Positions 13,363 through 21,766 of a stretch of DNA of 32,000 nt are shown one piece after another. The notes under the pieces were generated by a model. It saw nothing but the letters and a program-made list of their open reading frames with translations. It was not told the origin of the DNA and ran no database searches. Source of the stretch: Deinococcus radiodurans R1 = ATCC 13939 = DSM 20539. Its GTDB lineage: Bacteria > Deinococcota > Deinococci > Deinococcales > Deinococcaceae. The stretch's first letter is position 1. Every line of letters starts with the position of its first letter. The stretch lies in assembly GCF_000008565.1 (NCBI RefSeq), contig NC_001263.1:2194957-2226956 (forward strand). Direction: 5' to 3'. Position numbers and translations under genes: made by a program.

Positions 13363-13521
13363 TCAGTGTTTTGTCGAGAGCCCGAAGGCTGTGGAAGAGC
13401 GGGAGGCGTGCAGATCTGGATCAACAATTGGACTCCATGCGGGGCCGTTTGCCAGCCCCTTTGCGGTCACATTCAGACGAAAACGGTTCGTGAATAGGTT
13501 GTTCTTGTTGATTTCGGTCAT
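13363..13521 (-). CDS. Candidate 52-codon upstream ORF (uORF) preceding the RIO kinase
   Basis: The very strong SD gaaggaggaggtg sits 6 nt before the ATG at 13521. The product is MTEINKNNLFTNRFRLNVTAKGLANGPAWSPIVDPDLHASRSSTAFGLSTKH. The stop lies 18 nt before the RIO ATG, which has no obvious SD of its own. GC3 is only moderate and there is no known homology. Confidence 0.4.
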   Translation of the reverse strand: MTEINKNNLFTNRFRLNVTAKGLANGPAWSPIVDPDLHASRSSTAFGLSTKH

Positions 13522-13644
13522 CTACAACACCTCCTCCTTCGCAGGTTTGCCCTTGCGAGCGGTGCGCTGAAGGTAGCAGGCAAGTGTGCCTGCCGTCACT
13601 AGGCATCCTGGCTTAGTGGGTTGCCTACCCCAGAAAAAGGCATG

Positions 13645-13666
13645 AAAAAACCGCCTCGTGGGCGGT
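13645..13666 (-). terminator. Terminator-like or 5'-proximal hairpin plus U-tract on the minus strand
   Basis: The minus strand reads accgcc-cacga-ggcggt followed by ttttt(c). This is a 6-bp GC-rich stem with a 5-nt loop and a U-run. It lies just downstream of the predicted promoter at 13677-13705. Confidence 0.45.
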
Positions 13667-13676
13667 GATGACAAAA

Positions 13677-13705
13677 ACTATAGCGCGCTATGCAGGCGCC
13701 GTCAA
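13677..13705 (-). promoter_or_regulatory. Near-consensus sigma70-type promoter (TTGACG-17 nt-TATAGT) on the minus strand
   Basis: The minus strand reads aagcTTGACGgcgcctgcatagcgcgcTATAGTttttgtc, with an exact 17-nt spacer. It sits in a locally lower-GC divergent intergenic region and faces the uORF and RIO kinase. Confidence 0.5.
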
Positions 13706-13829
13706 GCTTATGCGCTGTCTCTGGCCCACCTGCCCCCGCTCTGTCCTGTAGACTTGGGGCGTTCCTTCTCAATCCGCTCCGTCCTTTGGATCGCCGCCTC
13801 AGTTTCCGCTGTTTTGTGGAGGACCGACC

Positions 13830-14213
13830 ATGAAAGGTTACTGCTCAGGACTGCTTTTGCTCGCCTTGCTCGCGCTTTCGCCGCTTCAGAGCCGCGCCCA
13901 GGCCCAGACGAGTTGCAATTATCCGGTGGGAACGTTTGATCAGGTGTACTGCGTCAACAAGGTCACGCTGCAAGCCGATACGGAGATGAACACCGCCTAC
14001 CAGAAGCTGCTGCGCAAACTGCCGGTGAGCGCGCAGCAGACTTTGCGGCAGACCCAGCGGGCCTGGATGGCGAAACGCGACAACGACTGCGTGGACGGCT
14101 ACACGGTGTACGTGAACTGCACCCACGATATGACGGTCTCGCGCCTCAATTTTCTCAACGACCGCCTGCGCGAGTGCAACGCCGCCGGCTGTCAGCCGAG
14201 CAAACTGCGCTGA
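13830..14213 (+). CDS. Secreted DUF1311 / LprI-like (lysozyme-inhibitor-like) protein
   Basis: Signal peptide MKGYCSGLLLLALLALSPLQSRAQA. The motif ..MNTAYQKLL...QRAWMAKRDNDC.. is characteristic of DUF1311. An SD (ggagga) lies 5 nt upstream. Confidence 0.8.
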   Translation: MKGYCSGLLLLALLALSPLQSRAQAQTSCNYPVGTFDQVYCVNKVTLQADTEMNTAYQKLLRKLPVSAQQTLRQTQRAWMAKRDNDCVDGYTVYVNCTHDMTVSRLNFLNDRLRECNAAGCQPSKLR

Positions 14214-14252
14214 GGGCCCGCAGGCATGGGCAGCCGCTAAGCTGGGCCGGTT

Positions 14253-14945
14253 ATGGCCCCGACCCCCGAACGCTACGCCAAGATTCGCCGCGTGCTGAGC
14301 AAGCGCCAGCCCACCCTGACGGTCCTGATGGACGAGGTGAACAAGCCCCACAACCTCAGCGCGATTATTCGCACCTGCGACGCGGTGGGGGTGCCGGAGG
14401 CGCACGCGGTGCCGCCCAAACACGGCACGCTGGCGTCGTTCGAGGGCCACACGTATGAGGCGACCAGCGGCAGCGCCCACAAGTGGGTCAAGGTCCACCC
14501 GCACGCCGACGCGGTGAGCGCCGTGCGCGAGTTGCAGGCCCAGGGCTTTCAGGTGCTCGCCACCCACCTCTCGCAGCGCAGCGTGGATTACCGCGAACCC
14601 GACTACACGAAGCCGACCTGCGTGCTACTCGGCGCCGAGAAATGGGGCGTGTCCGACGAAGCTGCCGAGGCCGCCGACGCCAACATCGTCATTCCGATGT
14701 TCGGGATGGTGCAGAGCCTCAACGTGTCGGTGGCCGCCGCGACCATCCTGTTTGAAGCGCAGCGGCAACGGCTGGCGGCGGGCATGTACGAGGAGCCGCA
14801 GCTTTCGCCCGAAGAGTTGCACCGCCTGAGCTTCGAGTGGGGGTATCCCGACCTCGCGCCCGGCTACCGCGAGCGCGGCGAGGCGTATCCGGCGCTGGGG
14901 GAAGAGGGCGAACTGCTGAGGGAGCCCGTGAGCCGCCCCGAATAG
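14253..14945 (+). CDS. trmH: tRNA (guanosine-2'-O)-methyltransferase, SpoU/TrmH family
   Basis: [51 protein letters not shown] and [17 protein letters not shown] are the three SPOUT motifs. Confidence 0.85.
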   Translation: MAPTPERYAKIRRVLSKRQPTLTVLMDEVNKPHNLSAIIRTCDAVGVPEAHAVPPKHGTLASFEGHTYEATSGSAHKWVKVHPHADAVSAVRELQAQGFQVLATHLSQRSVDYREPDYTKPTCVLLGAEKWGVSDEAAEAADANIVIPMFGMVQSLNVSVAAATILFEAQRQRLAAGMYEEPQLSPEELHRLSFEWGYPDLAPGYRERGEAYPALGEEGELLREPVSRPE

Positions 14946-14955
14946 TAATGCGACA

Positions 14956-15717
14956 ATGGAGGCGATGACAGACGCCCTCCGCGCCAGCGCCATTGAGAAG
15001 GGTCAGAAGCTGATCGGGCTCTACCGCCGGGGAGTGGGCGGCGAGCGAGCGAACGCCGGGCGGCTTCTGCACGCGCATCTGCGGGCGCACGACCTGACGC
15101 TGTTCGACCTCGACGGCAGCCTGCCGGTGACGCAAGACGTGGCCGCGCTGGAAGGGTGGCGGGAGTCGGCGGCCCTGCTGGCGAGCGTGCTGGGCGGCGC
15201 CCTGCCGCAAGACGCTCAGGACGAGGCCCTGACCCGGCTGGTGGATGCCGACGACCTCACAGACGCAGAAGTGGCACGGCTCCTGCCGCTCGTTGACCTG
15301 GAGACTTTGATCGACGTGCGGGCCGACGGCTGGGCTTACGCTGCTGGATCTGCCGACGGAGAAGCGGAGCAGGCGGACAGCTACCGGCAGGCGGGGCGGC
15401 GGGTGCAGCCTGCCGATATCCTGGCGTACCCCGGTTCGCTGGCCGAGCGGCTGCGGGAGGCGACGTTGCGGGCGCATTTCGTGCAGACGCATCCCGAACG
15501 GCTGATTCGGGCGGCGCCGGGCGTGCCGCAGCGCTTTTTGCTGGGGGTGCTGGCTTCCGTGACCGGGCGGCCTGCCGTGCCTGACCCCGAGGGTGCCCGT
15601 GCCCACCTGGACGCCGGGCAACTCGCACGCGTGCGGGCGCTGCTCGCCAACCACGCGGCGCAGGCGGAGGCCATAGCCCTGGACGCCGCCGAGGCGTTCG
15701 GGCGCACGCTGCGCTGA
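14956..15717 (+). CDS. Hypothetical protein (253 aa), tightly packed between trmH and the Ter-linked ATP-grasp gene
   Basis: High GC3. The gap after trmH is 10 nt and the gap before the ATP-grasp gene is 19 nt. I recognise no domain. The N-terminal helix (KGQKLIGLYRRGVGGERANAGRLLHAHLRAHDLTLFDL) only vaguely recalls DUF2786-type helices. Confidence 0.6.
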   Translation: MEAMTDALRASAIEKGQKLIGLYRRGVGGERANAGRLLHAHLRAHDLTLFDLDGSLPVTQDVAALEGWRESAALLASVLGGALPQDAQDEALTRLVDADDLTDAEVARLLPLVDLETLIDVRADGWAYAAGSADGEAEQADSYRQAGRRVQPADILAYPGSLAERLREATLRAHFVQTHPERLIRAAPGVPQRFLLGVLASVTGRPAVPDPEGARAHLDAGQLARVRALLANHAAQAEAIALDAAEAFGRTLR

Positions 15718-15736
15718 GGCGCGATACTGCGCGGCA

Positions 15737-16753
15737 ATGTCCCACCCCCGGTTTCATCCCCGCGTGCTGTTTACCAAGAACTTCAGCGTCACGTCCGCGC
15801 AGATTCGTGCGCTGGAAGACTCGCCCTACGAGGTCTGGGCCAGCCACAGCGACCCGCATCACGGCATGCTGGCCGCCGCGCCGCACACGCTGACCGAGCC
15901 CCGGGGCCTGCTCGGGGACGACTACGTGGCGTGGCTGCTCGGCACCTGCGCGGAACACGGATTTGACCTCGTGCTGCCCGGCAAGGAGCGCGAGCGCCTG
16001 GCCGCGTACCGGGACACCTTCGCCGCGCAGGGCACACAGTTGGTCGTGCCGGCAGACGAGGCCACGCAGCGGCACCTGGAACGCAAGGACGAGTTTCTGC
16101 GTGGCTGGGACACCGATATCCTGCCGATTCCGCGCTGGACGACGTTTCAGAGCGTGGCAGAGTTCGACGCGGCCTGCGCGCAGCTGCGGCAAGACGGCGT
16201 GCGCCTGTGCATGAAGCCCGCACGCGGCATCTATGCCAGCGGCTTCCGGGTGCTGACCGAGCGGCCCGACCTGGCCCCGTTTCTGCGGGGCGAGCTGTAC
16301 CAGTTGAGCGTGGCGGCCGCCCGTGAACTGCTGGCAGCGGGCGAATTGCCGGTCATGCTGCTGATGCACACCCTCGAAGGCGCCGAGCGCAGCATTGACT
16401 GCGTCGCCTGGGAAGGCCGCCTCATTCGGGCCGTGGTGCGCCGCAAGGGAGCGCACGGGCAGGTGATTGAGGACCGTCCTGATCTGGTGGAGGCCGCCGC
16501 CCGCATCGCGCAGCATTACGCCCTGAGCGGCATTTTCAACTTTCAGACGAAGGACCAGGCGGGCGCGGCGCACATGCTGGAGATCAATGCCCGCGCTTCC
16601 GGGGGCCTGCGCTACAGCATGGCGGCGGGCGTGAACTTTGCGCGCCTGCTGCTCGACGCGGCCACCGGGCGCCTGGACTGGGACGCCTTGCCGGCGGTGG
16701 AAACCGGCCTGACCGTCGCGGAGGAAAAGGGGGTCCGGGCGTGGCGGGCATGA
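15737..16753 (+). CDS. ATP-grasp domain protein (Ter-associated)
   Basis: 338 aa. C-terminal FNFQTKD....HMLEINARASGG is the ATP-grasp Mg/ATP-binding E-x-N motif. The stop overlaps the next start (ATGA at 16750-16753). Confidence 0.85.
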   Translation: MSHPRFHPRVLFTKNFSVTSAQIRALEDSPYEVWASHSDPHHGMLAAAPHTLTEPRGLLGDDYVAWLLGTCAEHGFDLVLPGKERERLAAYRDTFAAQGTQLVVPADEATQRHLERKDEFLRGWDTDILPIPRWTTFQSVAEFDAACAQLRQDGVRLCMKPARGIYASGFRVLTERPDLAPFLRGELYQLSVAAARELLAAGELPVMLLMHTLEGAERSIDCVAWEGRLIRAVVRRKGAHGQVIEDRPDLVEAAARIAQHYALSGIFNFQTKDQAGAAHMLEINARASGGLRYSMAAGVNFARLLLDAATGRLDWDALPAVETGLTVAEEKGVRAWRA

Positions 16754-17856
16754 AAGGCGGGGTCTCAGCCGCACAGGAGCTGACGGTATCCCTGCCGAGC
16801 GGCACCCTGACCTTGCAGGTGGAGCGCACCCTGTACCCCCCTGCCGAGCTGCTCGACTACGCGGTGCGGCGCAACCCGAAGCGGGGGTTTCTCTTCGTGA
16901 GCCGGGTGCTGGGCAAACACATTCCCATTGCGCCAGCGACCGCAGCGCGAACCTGGCGCGACCTGGCCGCGTCACTGCCGCCGCTGACCGCGCCGCATTT
17001 CATCGGGCTGGCGGAAACGGCCACGGCGCTGGGCGAGGGCGTTTACCGGGCGTGGCGCCAGCAGACCGGGCAAGCAGCGACCTTTCAGCACACCACACGG
17101 TATGTCACGGACCGCCCGGTGCTGCTGCGCTTCGATGAGCCGCATTCGCACGCGCCGGCGCACCTGCTCTACGACCCCGGCCCAGCGGCGCGGGCAGCGC
17201 GTGAGCTGGTGCTGGTCGACGACGAGGTGTCCACCGGCACGACGCTGGAAAACCTGGCGCTGGAGTGGCTGGCCCGGCACCCCCACGTCACGCGGGTGGT
17301 GCTGGTCAGCCTGACCGATTGGTGCCCGCGCCGCGAGGCGCTGTGCGCGGCCCTGGGGGTGCCGGTGGACTTCGTGAGCCTGCTGCGCGGACGTTTTGCC
17401 TTCACGCCCGCCCCGGACTGGTGCCCGCCGGCTCTCCCGGCAGTGACCGGCAGCGGCGCCGACAAAACCGCCCTGCTCCCGGCGCGGGCGGCCCGATTTG
17501 GGGACGACGTGCCGCTGACTTTCCCCGAATTGGGCCTGTCGCCCACCGACCGGGTGCTGGTGCTGGGGACCGGCGAGTTTCAGTTTCCGGCCTACGCGCT
17601 GGCGGCCTGGCTCGCCCCGCAGGTGGCCGAGTGCCGCTGGAACGCCACGACCCGCAGTCCCATCCTGCCCGGCCGCGCCATCCGGCATGCGCTGAGCTTC
17701 ACGGACAACGTGGGCGACCAGATGCCGAATTACCTCTACAACGTCGATCCGGCGGAGTACACCCGCATCTTCGTGGCCTACGAGGGCGCCTGTGTGCCCG
17801 ACCCGGCGCTGCTGCGGCAGCTCGGCCCGCACGCACAGGCGGTGAGGCTCCTGTGA
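16750..17856 (+). CDS. Phosphoribosyltransferase (PRTase) domain protein (Ter-associated, TRSP-type)
   Basis: PRPP-binding loop ELVLVDDEVSTGTTLENL. The ATG at 16750 overlaps the upstream stop, and its own stop overlaps the next start (GTGA at 17853-17856). Confidence 0.85.
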   Translation: MKGGVSAAQELTVSLPSGTLTLQVERTLYPPAELLDYAVRRNPKRGFLFVSRVLGKHIPIAPATAARTWRDLAASLPPLTAPHFIGLAETATALGEGVYRAWRQQTGQAATFQHTTRYVTDRPVLLRFDEPHSHAPAHLLYDPGPAARAARELVLVDDEVSTGTTLENLALEWLARHPHVTRVVLVSLTDWCPRREALCAALGVPVDFVSLLRGRFAFTPAPDWCPPALPAVTGSGADKTALLPARAARFGDDVPLTFPELGLSPTDRVLVLGTGEFQFPAYALAAWLAPQVAECRWNATTRSPILPGRAIRHALSFTDNVGDQMPNYLYNVDPAEYTRIFVAYEGACVPDPALLRQLGPHAQAVRLL

Positions 17857-18635
17857 GCCACGGAGAAGCGCCCCTCATCCTCGCCTTCGCCGATCTGGAC
17901 GACACCCTGTTTCAGACCCTCCGCAAACTGCCGGGGCACGGTAGAGCGGCCCTGACGCCCGCCACGGTGAACACCCGTGGGGAAGCGCACTCGTACTGCA
18001 CTCCGGCGCAGACGGCCTTGCTGGACCTGTTGACGGCGGGCGCGGTGACGGTCATTCCGGTCACGGGCCGCGACCCGGCGGCCATGCGGCGGGTGACGCT
18101 GCCGTTCCGGTCGTGGCGGGTGCTCGACCACGGCCTGACCATCCTGACCCCGGCGGGGGAGCTGGACAGCGAGTGGGCGGCGCAGGTGCAGGCCCACCTC
18201 ACGCCGTTGCAGGGCACACTGACGGCCCTGACCGCCGACATGCGCGCGCACGCCGACGCCCTGGGCTGTCGCCTGACGGTGCACCGCGCCGGCGACCTGC
18301 CCTTCATGACCGTCATCAAGCACCCGGACGCCGACCCGGAGGCGCTGGCGGCGTTGCAGACCCGCTGGGAAGCCGCTGTGGACGACACGGACGGCACCCA
18401 CCCGCTGCACGTCATCGCCAACGCCAACAACGTGTCGCTGCTGCCCCGCGCCCCGGGCAAGGCCCAGGCGGTGCGCTGGCTGCGTGAGCGGCACTTTCCA
18501 GGCGCGGTGCTCACGCTGGGGCTGGGCGACAGTGTCAGCGACCTGCCGTTTCTGCGCGAGTGCGACTTCGCCGTGACGCCCGCGCAGGGCCAGTTGCTGC
18601 GGGCGACGGCGGGCGTGCGGCTGCCACAACGCTGA
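17853..18635 (+). CDS. HAD-superfamily phosphatase (Ter-associated)
   Basis: The GTG at 17853 is in frame with track ORF 17265..18635. HAD motif I is LAFADLDDTLF, motif II-like is VIPVTGR, and motif IV is LGLGDSVSDLPF. Confidence 0.85.
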   Translation: MSHGEAPLILAFADLDDTLFQTLRKLPGHGRAALTPATVNTRGEAHSYCTPAQTALLDLLTAGAVTVIPVTGRDPAAMRRVTLPFRSWRVLDHGLTILTPAGELDSEWAAQVQAHLTPLQGTLTALTADMRAHADALGCRLTVHRAGDLPFMTVIKHPDADPEALAALQTRWEAAVDDTDGTHPLHVIANANNVSLLPRAPGKAQAVRWLRERHFPGAVLTLGLGDSVSDLPFLRECDFAVTPAQGQLLRATAGVRLPQR

Positions 18636-18683
18636 AGGGGGGGCCGCCGACCCGGACATTCCGGGTCCCGTACACTCCAGGGT

Positions 18684-19448
18684 ATGGAACACATGCAACT
18701 CGTGCAGGAGCAGCGCGGGCACGGCCTGACCCTGCGGATTCATGCGCTGACGCACGTGACGCGCTTTTCGCAGGGTGCCGACGGCCTGCGCGAAACGCGG
18801 GAAATGGATGGGCGCTTCACGGTGGAAGCGGAACTGTCGGGCGGCGGCGTGTTGCTGGAGCCTGGGGCCTTTCAGTACAGCGTCGGTCAGGTGCAGGCGA
18901 GCGTGGAGCAGCAGCAACAGGGCGGGTTCCTGCGCCGCGCCATCGCCACGGCGGGAACGGGCGAAAGCGCCTTTGCCACGCACTTGAGTGGTCACGGGCG
19001 GGTGTGGACCGAGCCTTCGCGCCGGCACTTCATCATCGCAGAGGCCACCGGCGAGAGCGGCGACGACATGATTCTGGACGACCGGGCGTTTTACCTCGCG
19101 CAGGACACCATGCAGCTCGGCACCCACACCCACACCGGTTTTTCCGGGGCGCTCTCGGGGGGCGGGATGCGGCAGCCCAAACTGTCGGGCGCGGGCCTGT
19201 TCGTGGTGGAGTCGCCGGTGCCTGTGTCGGAGGTGCAGGTCATCGAGCTCGATGGCCGCGACACAGTGACGGTGGACGGCGACCTGATGCTGATGTACAG
19301 CGCCTCCCTGCGCGTGGAACTGCGGCCCCTGGTGCGCGGCCTGCGCAACGCGGCCCGCAGCGGCGAGGGCCTGGTGTTCGTCCTGAGTGGCAAGGGGACG
19401 GTGTTCCTGACCCCCACCCACCAGGCCCTGTCGGGCGCGAGCGTCTGA
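18684..19448 (+). CDS. AIM24 / DUF124 family protein
   Basis: 254 aa. The pattern ..GGVLLEPGAFQY.., ..GFLRRAIATAGTGESAFATHLSGHGRVW.., ..DDRAFYLAQD.., ..GEGLVFVLSGKGTVFL.. matches the AIM24 beta-rich fold family. Confidence 0.8.
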   Translation: MEHMQLVQEQRGHGLTLRIHALTHVTRFSQGADGLRETREMDGRFTVEAELSGGGVLLEPGAFQYSVGQVQASVEQQQQGGFLRRAIATAGTGESAFATHLSGHGRVWTEPSRRHFIIAEATGESGDDMILDDRAFYLAQDTMQLGTHTHTGFSGALSGGGMRQPKLSGAGLFVVESPVPVSEVQVIELDGRDTVTVDGDLMLMYSASLRVELRPLVRGLRNAARSGEGLVFVLSGKGTVFLTPTHQALSGASV

Positions 19449-19561
19449 GAGGCTTGCCGACAGGCTCCGTAACGCGCCCGCCTATCATGCCGCTCAGCAC
19501 CCCGGACGCCCCCAGCTGCCGACTTGGATTGGCCGACTTGAACGTGGAGAAAGGAGCAGAC

Positions 19562-20703
19562 ATGGAACTGATTGCCGGACAGAAGACAAAACTGAGTGAC
19601 CTGACGACCGGGCAAAACGGCGAGGAGCCTGTGCAGGTTCAGGTGGCCTTCGATTTGCCGGACACCGACATCAGCGTGTTTGGGCTGGACGACGAGCGGC
19701 AGTTGCGAGATGACCGCTACATGGTGTTTTTCAACCAGCCGAGCAGTCCGCAGGGCGAAGTGCAGGTGACCTTCGCGCCGGGCGCGGTGAACTTTACCCT
19801 GCGGCTGAGCGCCTTGCCGGCAGCGGTGACGCGGCTGATGTTCACGGCGACGCACGACACCCGGCCCCTACGCGACGCCGGACAACTCGCGCTGAGTCTC
19901 GGCCCCGCCCGGTTCGACGCGGTGGGCGCCCTGCAACAGGAAAAGGCCGTGATGCTCGCGGAGCTGTACCGCCACGGCAACGAGTGGCGCCTCAACACTG
20001 TCGGCCAGGGCTTCAACGGCGGCCTCGCGGCGCTGGTCACGTACTTTGGGGGAGAAGTGGCCGCCGACGAGGCCGAGACACCCCCTCCCAGCAACAGGAC
20101 GGCGCCGGCCCCAGTCGCGCCGCCCGCCGACCCGGTTCCCCTGCCGGTCAGTGGCCCCGTCAAACTCACCAAAAACCAGACCGTGAATCTCAGCAAGGCG
20201 GGGGGACAGCTCACCCGCATCACTTCGGCCTGGGCTGGGAACCCGCCACGGCGGGCCGCAGCGTGGACCTGGACGCGGGCTGCCTGGTGTTCGACGACTC
20301 CAGGCGCGCGGTGGACAAGGTGTGGTTCATGCATCTCAGCGGGCAGGGCGGCGCGGTGCGGCACTCCGGCGACAACCTGACCGGTCACGGCAGCGGCGAC
20401 GACGAGCAGATTGCCGTGGACCTGACCCGTCTGGACCCGGCGGTGCGCTGGCTGGTCCTGACCGTGAGCTCGTTTTCCGGGCAACGGTTTACCACCCTGA
20501 AACAGGCCTACTGCCGCGTGGTGGACGACGTGACGAAGCGCGAACTCGCCCGCTATGAACTCTTTGACGCGGGCAACGTGACCGGCGCGCTGCTGGCGAA
20601 ACTGGAACGCACCCCCGACGGCTGGCAGTTCACGGCGCTGGGTGTGCCGGGCGGCGGCATGACCCTACGCGCCCTGGTCAAACCGGCGCAACAGGTGCTC
20701 TGA
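19562..20703 (+). pseudogene. terA: TerA-like two-TerD-domain gene interrupted by a 1-nt frameshift near 20223/20224
   Basis: The N-terminal half (MELIAGQKTKLSDL...DDRYMVFFNQP...VGQGFNGGLAALVTYFGGEV, Pro-rich linker, ...VNLSKAGGQLTRIT) is in the frame of track ORF 18560..20380. The C-terminal TerD domain (FGLGWEPATAGRSVDLDAGCLVFD...GDNLTGHGSGDDEQIAVDL...) continues in the -1 frame (track ORF 19984..20703) with no start codon of its own. An SD (aaaggag) lies upstream of the ATG at 19562. Confidence 0.8.
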
Positions 20704-20704
20704 C

Positions 20705-21766
20705 GTGGCGATGGCCCTGGCCCCGTTCCTGGCCCACACCCTGCCGCCGGACGACGTGACCGTGCAGCTGCGGCCCGCGCAGGCGCGACTGGTGAGCGTG
20801 GCCGAGAAAGAAGCCCTGATTCGCAGCGGCGTGTCCTACGGCGAGTTGCTGACGCCGGAAGCCCTGCCGACCGCCGCGCAGACCCGCGCCTACGCGGGCG
20901 CCCTGAGCCGCAACGGGGCGCGGGTGGGCGAGTTGCTGGCCGCCCTGACCGCCGCCGTGCTGCGCGAGTACGACCAGCCGGTGCTGGTGTCGCTCGCCCG
21001 CGCGGGCACGCCGGTGGGGTGCGCCATGCGCCGCCTCGCCCGGCGCTGGGCCGCCGACTTCGGCACGCCCGAGTTGCCGCACCACACCCTCAGCATCATC
21101 CGTGGTCAGGGCATCGACCGGGCCGCGCTCGGGCGGGTGCGGGCCGCCCACCCGCAGGCGCCGCTGGTGTTCGTGGACGGCTGGACCGGCAAGGGCAGCA
21201 TCAATGAAACGCTGTCGAGCAGCCTGCCGGAGGATGTGCCGCCGCACCTGGCGGTGCTGAGCGACCCGGCAGGTGTGGCCCGGCACGCGGCGACGCACGA
21301 CGACCTGCTGCTCCCCCACGCGGTCCTCAACGCCACCGTCTGCGGACTGCTCAGCCGGACCTTCGTGACGGCGCCGGGCACGCTACACGCCGCCCGCGTG
21401 GAGACGGAGTTGCGGGGCGAGGACCGAACCGGCGAGTACCTGAACGCCCTGGACGCTCTGAGCGCTGCGTACACGCCCGACTTCGTGCTGGACGCTGGCC
21501 CGCGTCCGCAGCAGCCGGTGCGGGCGGTGCTGGCGCGGGCGGCGGAGCTGGGCGTCACCGACCCGCACCTGGTCAAACCGAGCGTGGGGGAAGCGACGCG
21601 CGTGTTCCTGCGGCGGCAGCCCGCTCACCTGCTGCTGCGCGACGCCGCGCACCCCGACACCCTGCACCTGCGCGAGCTGGCGGCGGCGTCCGGTACGCCG
21701 GTCACGATGCACCCGGACCTGCCTTATCTGGCGGCGGCCATCATCGCGTCGGGGGGCCAGGAATGA
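20705..21766 (+). CDS. Second PRTase-fold protein (StiP-like, Ter-associated)
   Basis: 353 aa. ..QPVLVSLARAGTPVG.. and ..PLVFVDGWTGKGSI.. resemble the PRTase core of the family annotated as cysteine protease StiP. It starts 2 nt after the terA stop, and its stop overlaps the next start (ATGA at 21763). The ATG at 20711 is an alternative start. Confidence 0.75.
   Translation: MAMALAPFLAHTLPPDDVTVQLRPAQARLVSVAEKEALIRSGVSYGELLTPEALPTAAQTRAYAGALSRNGARVGELLAALTAAVLREYDQPVLVSLARAGTPVGCAMRRLARRWAADFGTPELPHHTLSIIRGQGIDRAALGRVRAAHPQAPLVFVDGWTGKGSINETLSSSLPEDVPPHLAVLSDPAGVARHAATHDDLLLPHAVLNATVCGLLSRTFVTAPGTLHAARVETELRGEDRTGEYLNALDALSAAYTPDFVLDAGPRPQQPVRAVLARAAELGVTDPHLVKPSVGEATRVFLRRQPAHLLLRDAAHPDTLHLRELAAASGTPVTMHPDLPYLAAAIIASGGQE

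Noticed and set aside
13345-13830. A tRNA, SRP RNA or other classical structured RNA gene, or a radiation/desiccation response motif (RDRM), in the lower-GC intergenic region
   Set aside because: I found no cloverleaf, no SRP domain-IV-like motif and no 17-bp TTAYG...CRTAA-type palindrome by eye. The promoter, uORF and leader interpretation explains the signals better, although an Rfam scan is still advisable.
15257-16975. 572-aa minus-strand ORF, and similar ones at 17778..19421, 19717..20484, 21841..22941, 25844..27343 and 9666..10781 (+)
   Set aside because: All are antisense to, or out of frame with, genes carrying clear catalytic motifs. Their Arg/Pro/Gly-rich translations are high-GC frame artefacts.
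20200-20206. G GGG GGA heptamer as a programmed -1 ribosomal frameshift site for terA
   Set aside because: Shifting there would give ...KAGGTAHPHHFGLGW. Staying in frame to ~20223 gives ...GGQLTRIT-FGLGW, which matches the [10 protein letters not shown] pattern of the paralogues. The break is therefore ~20 nt downstream, where there is no slippery sequence. A simple 1-nt indel or sequencing error is more likely.
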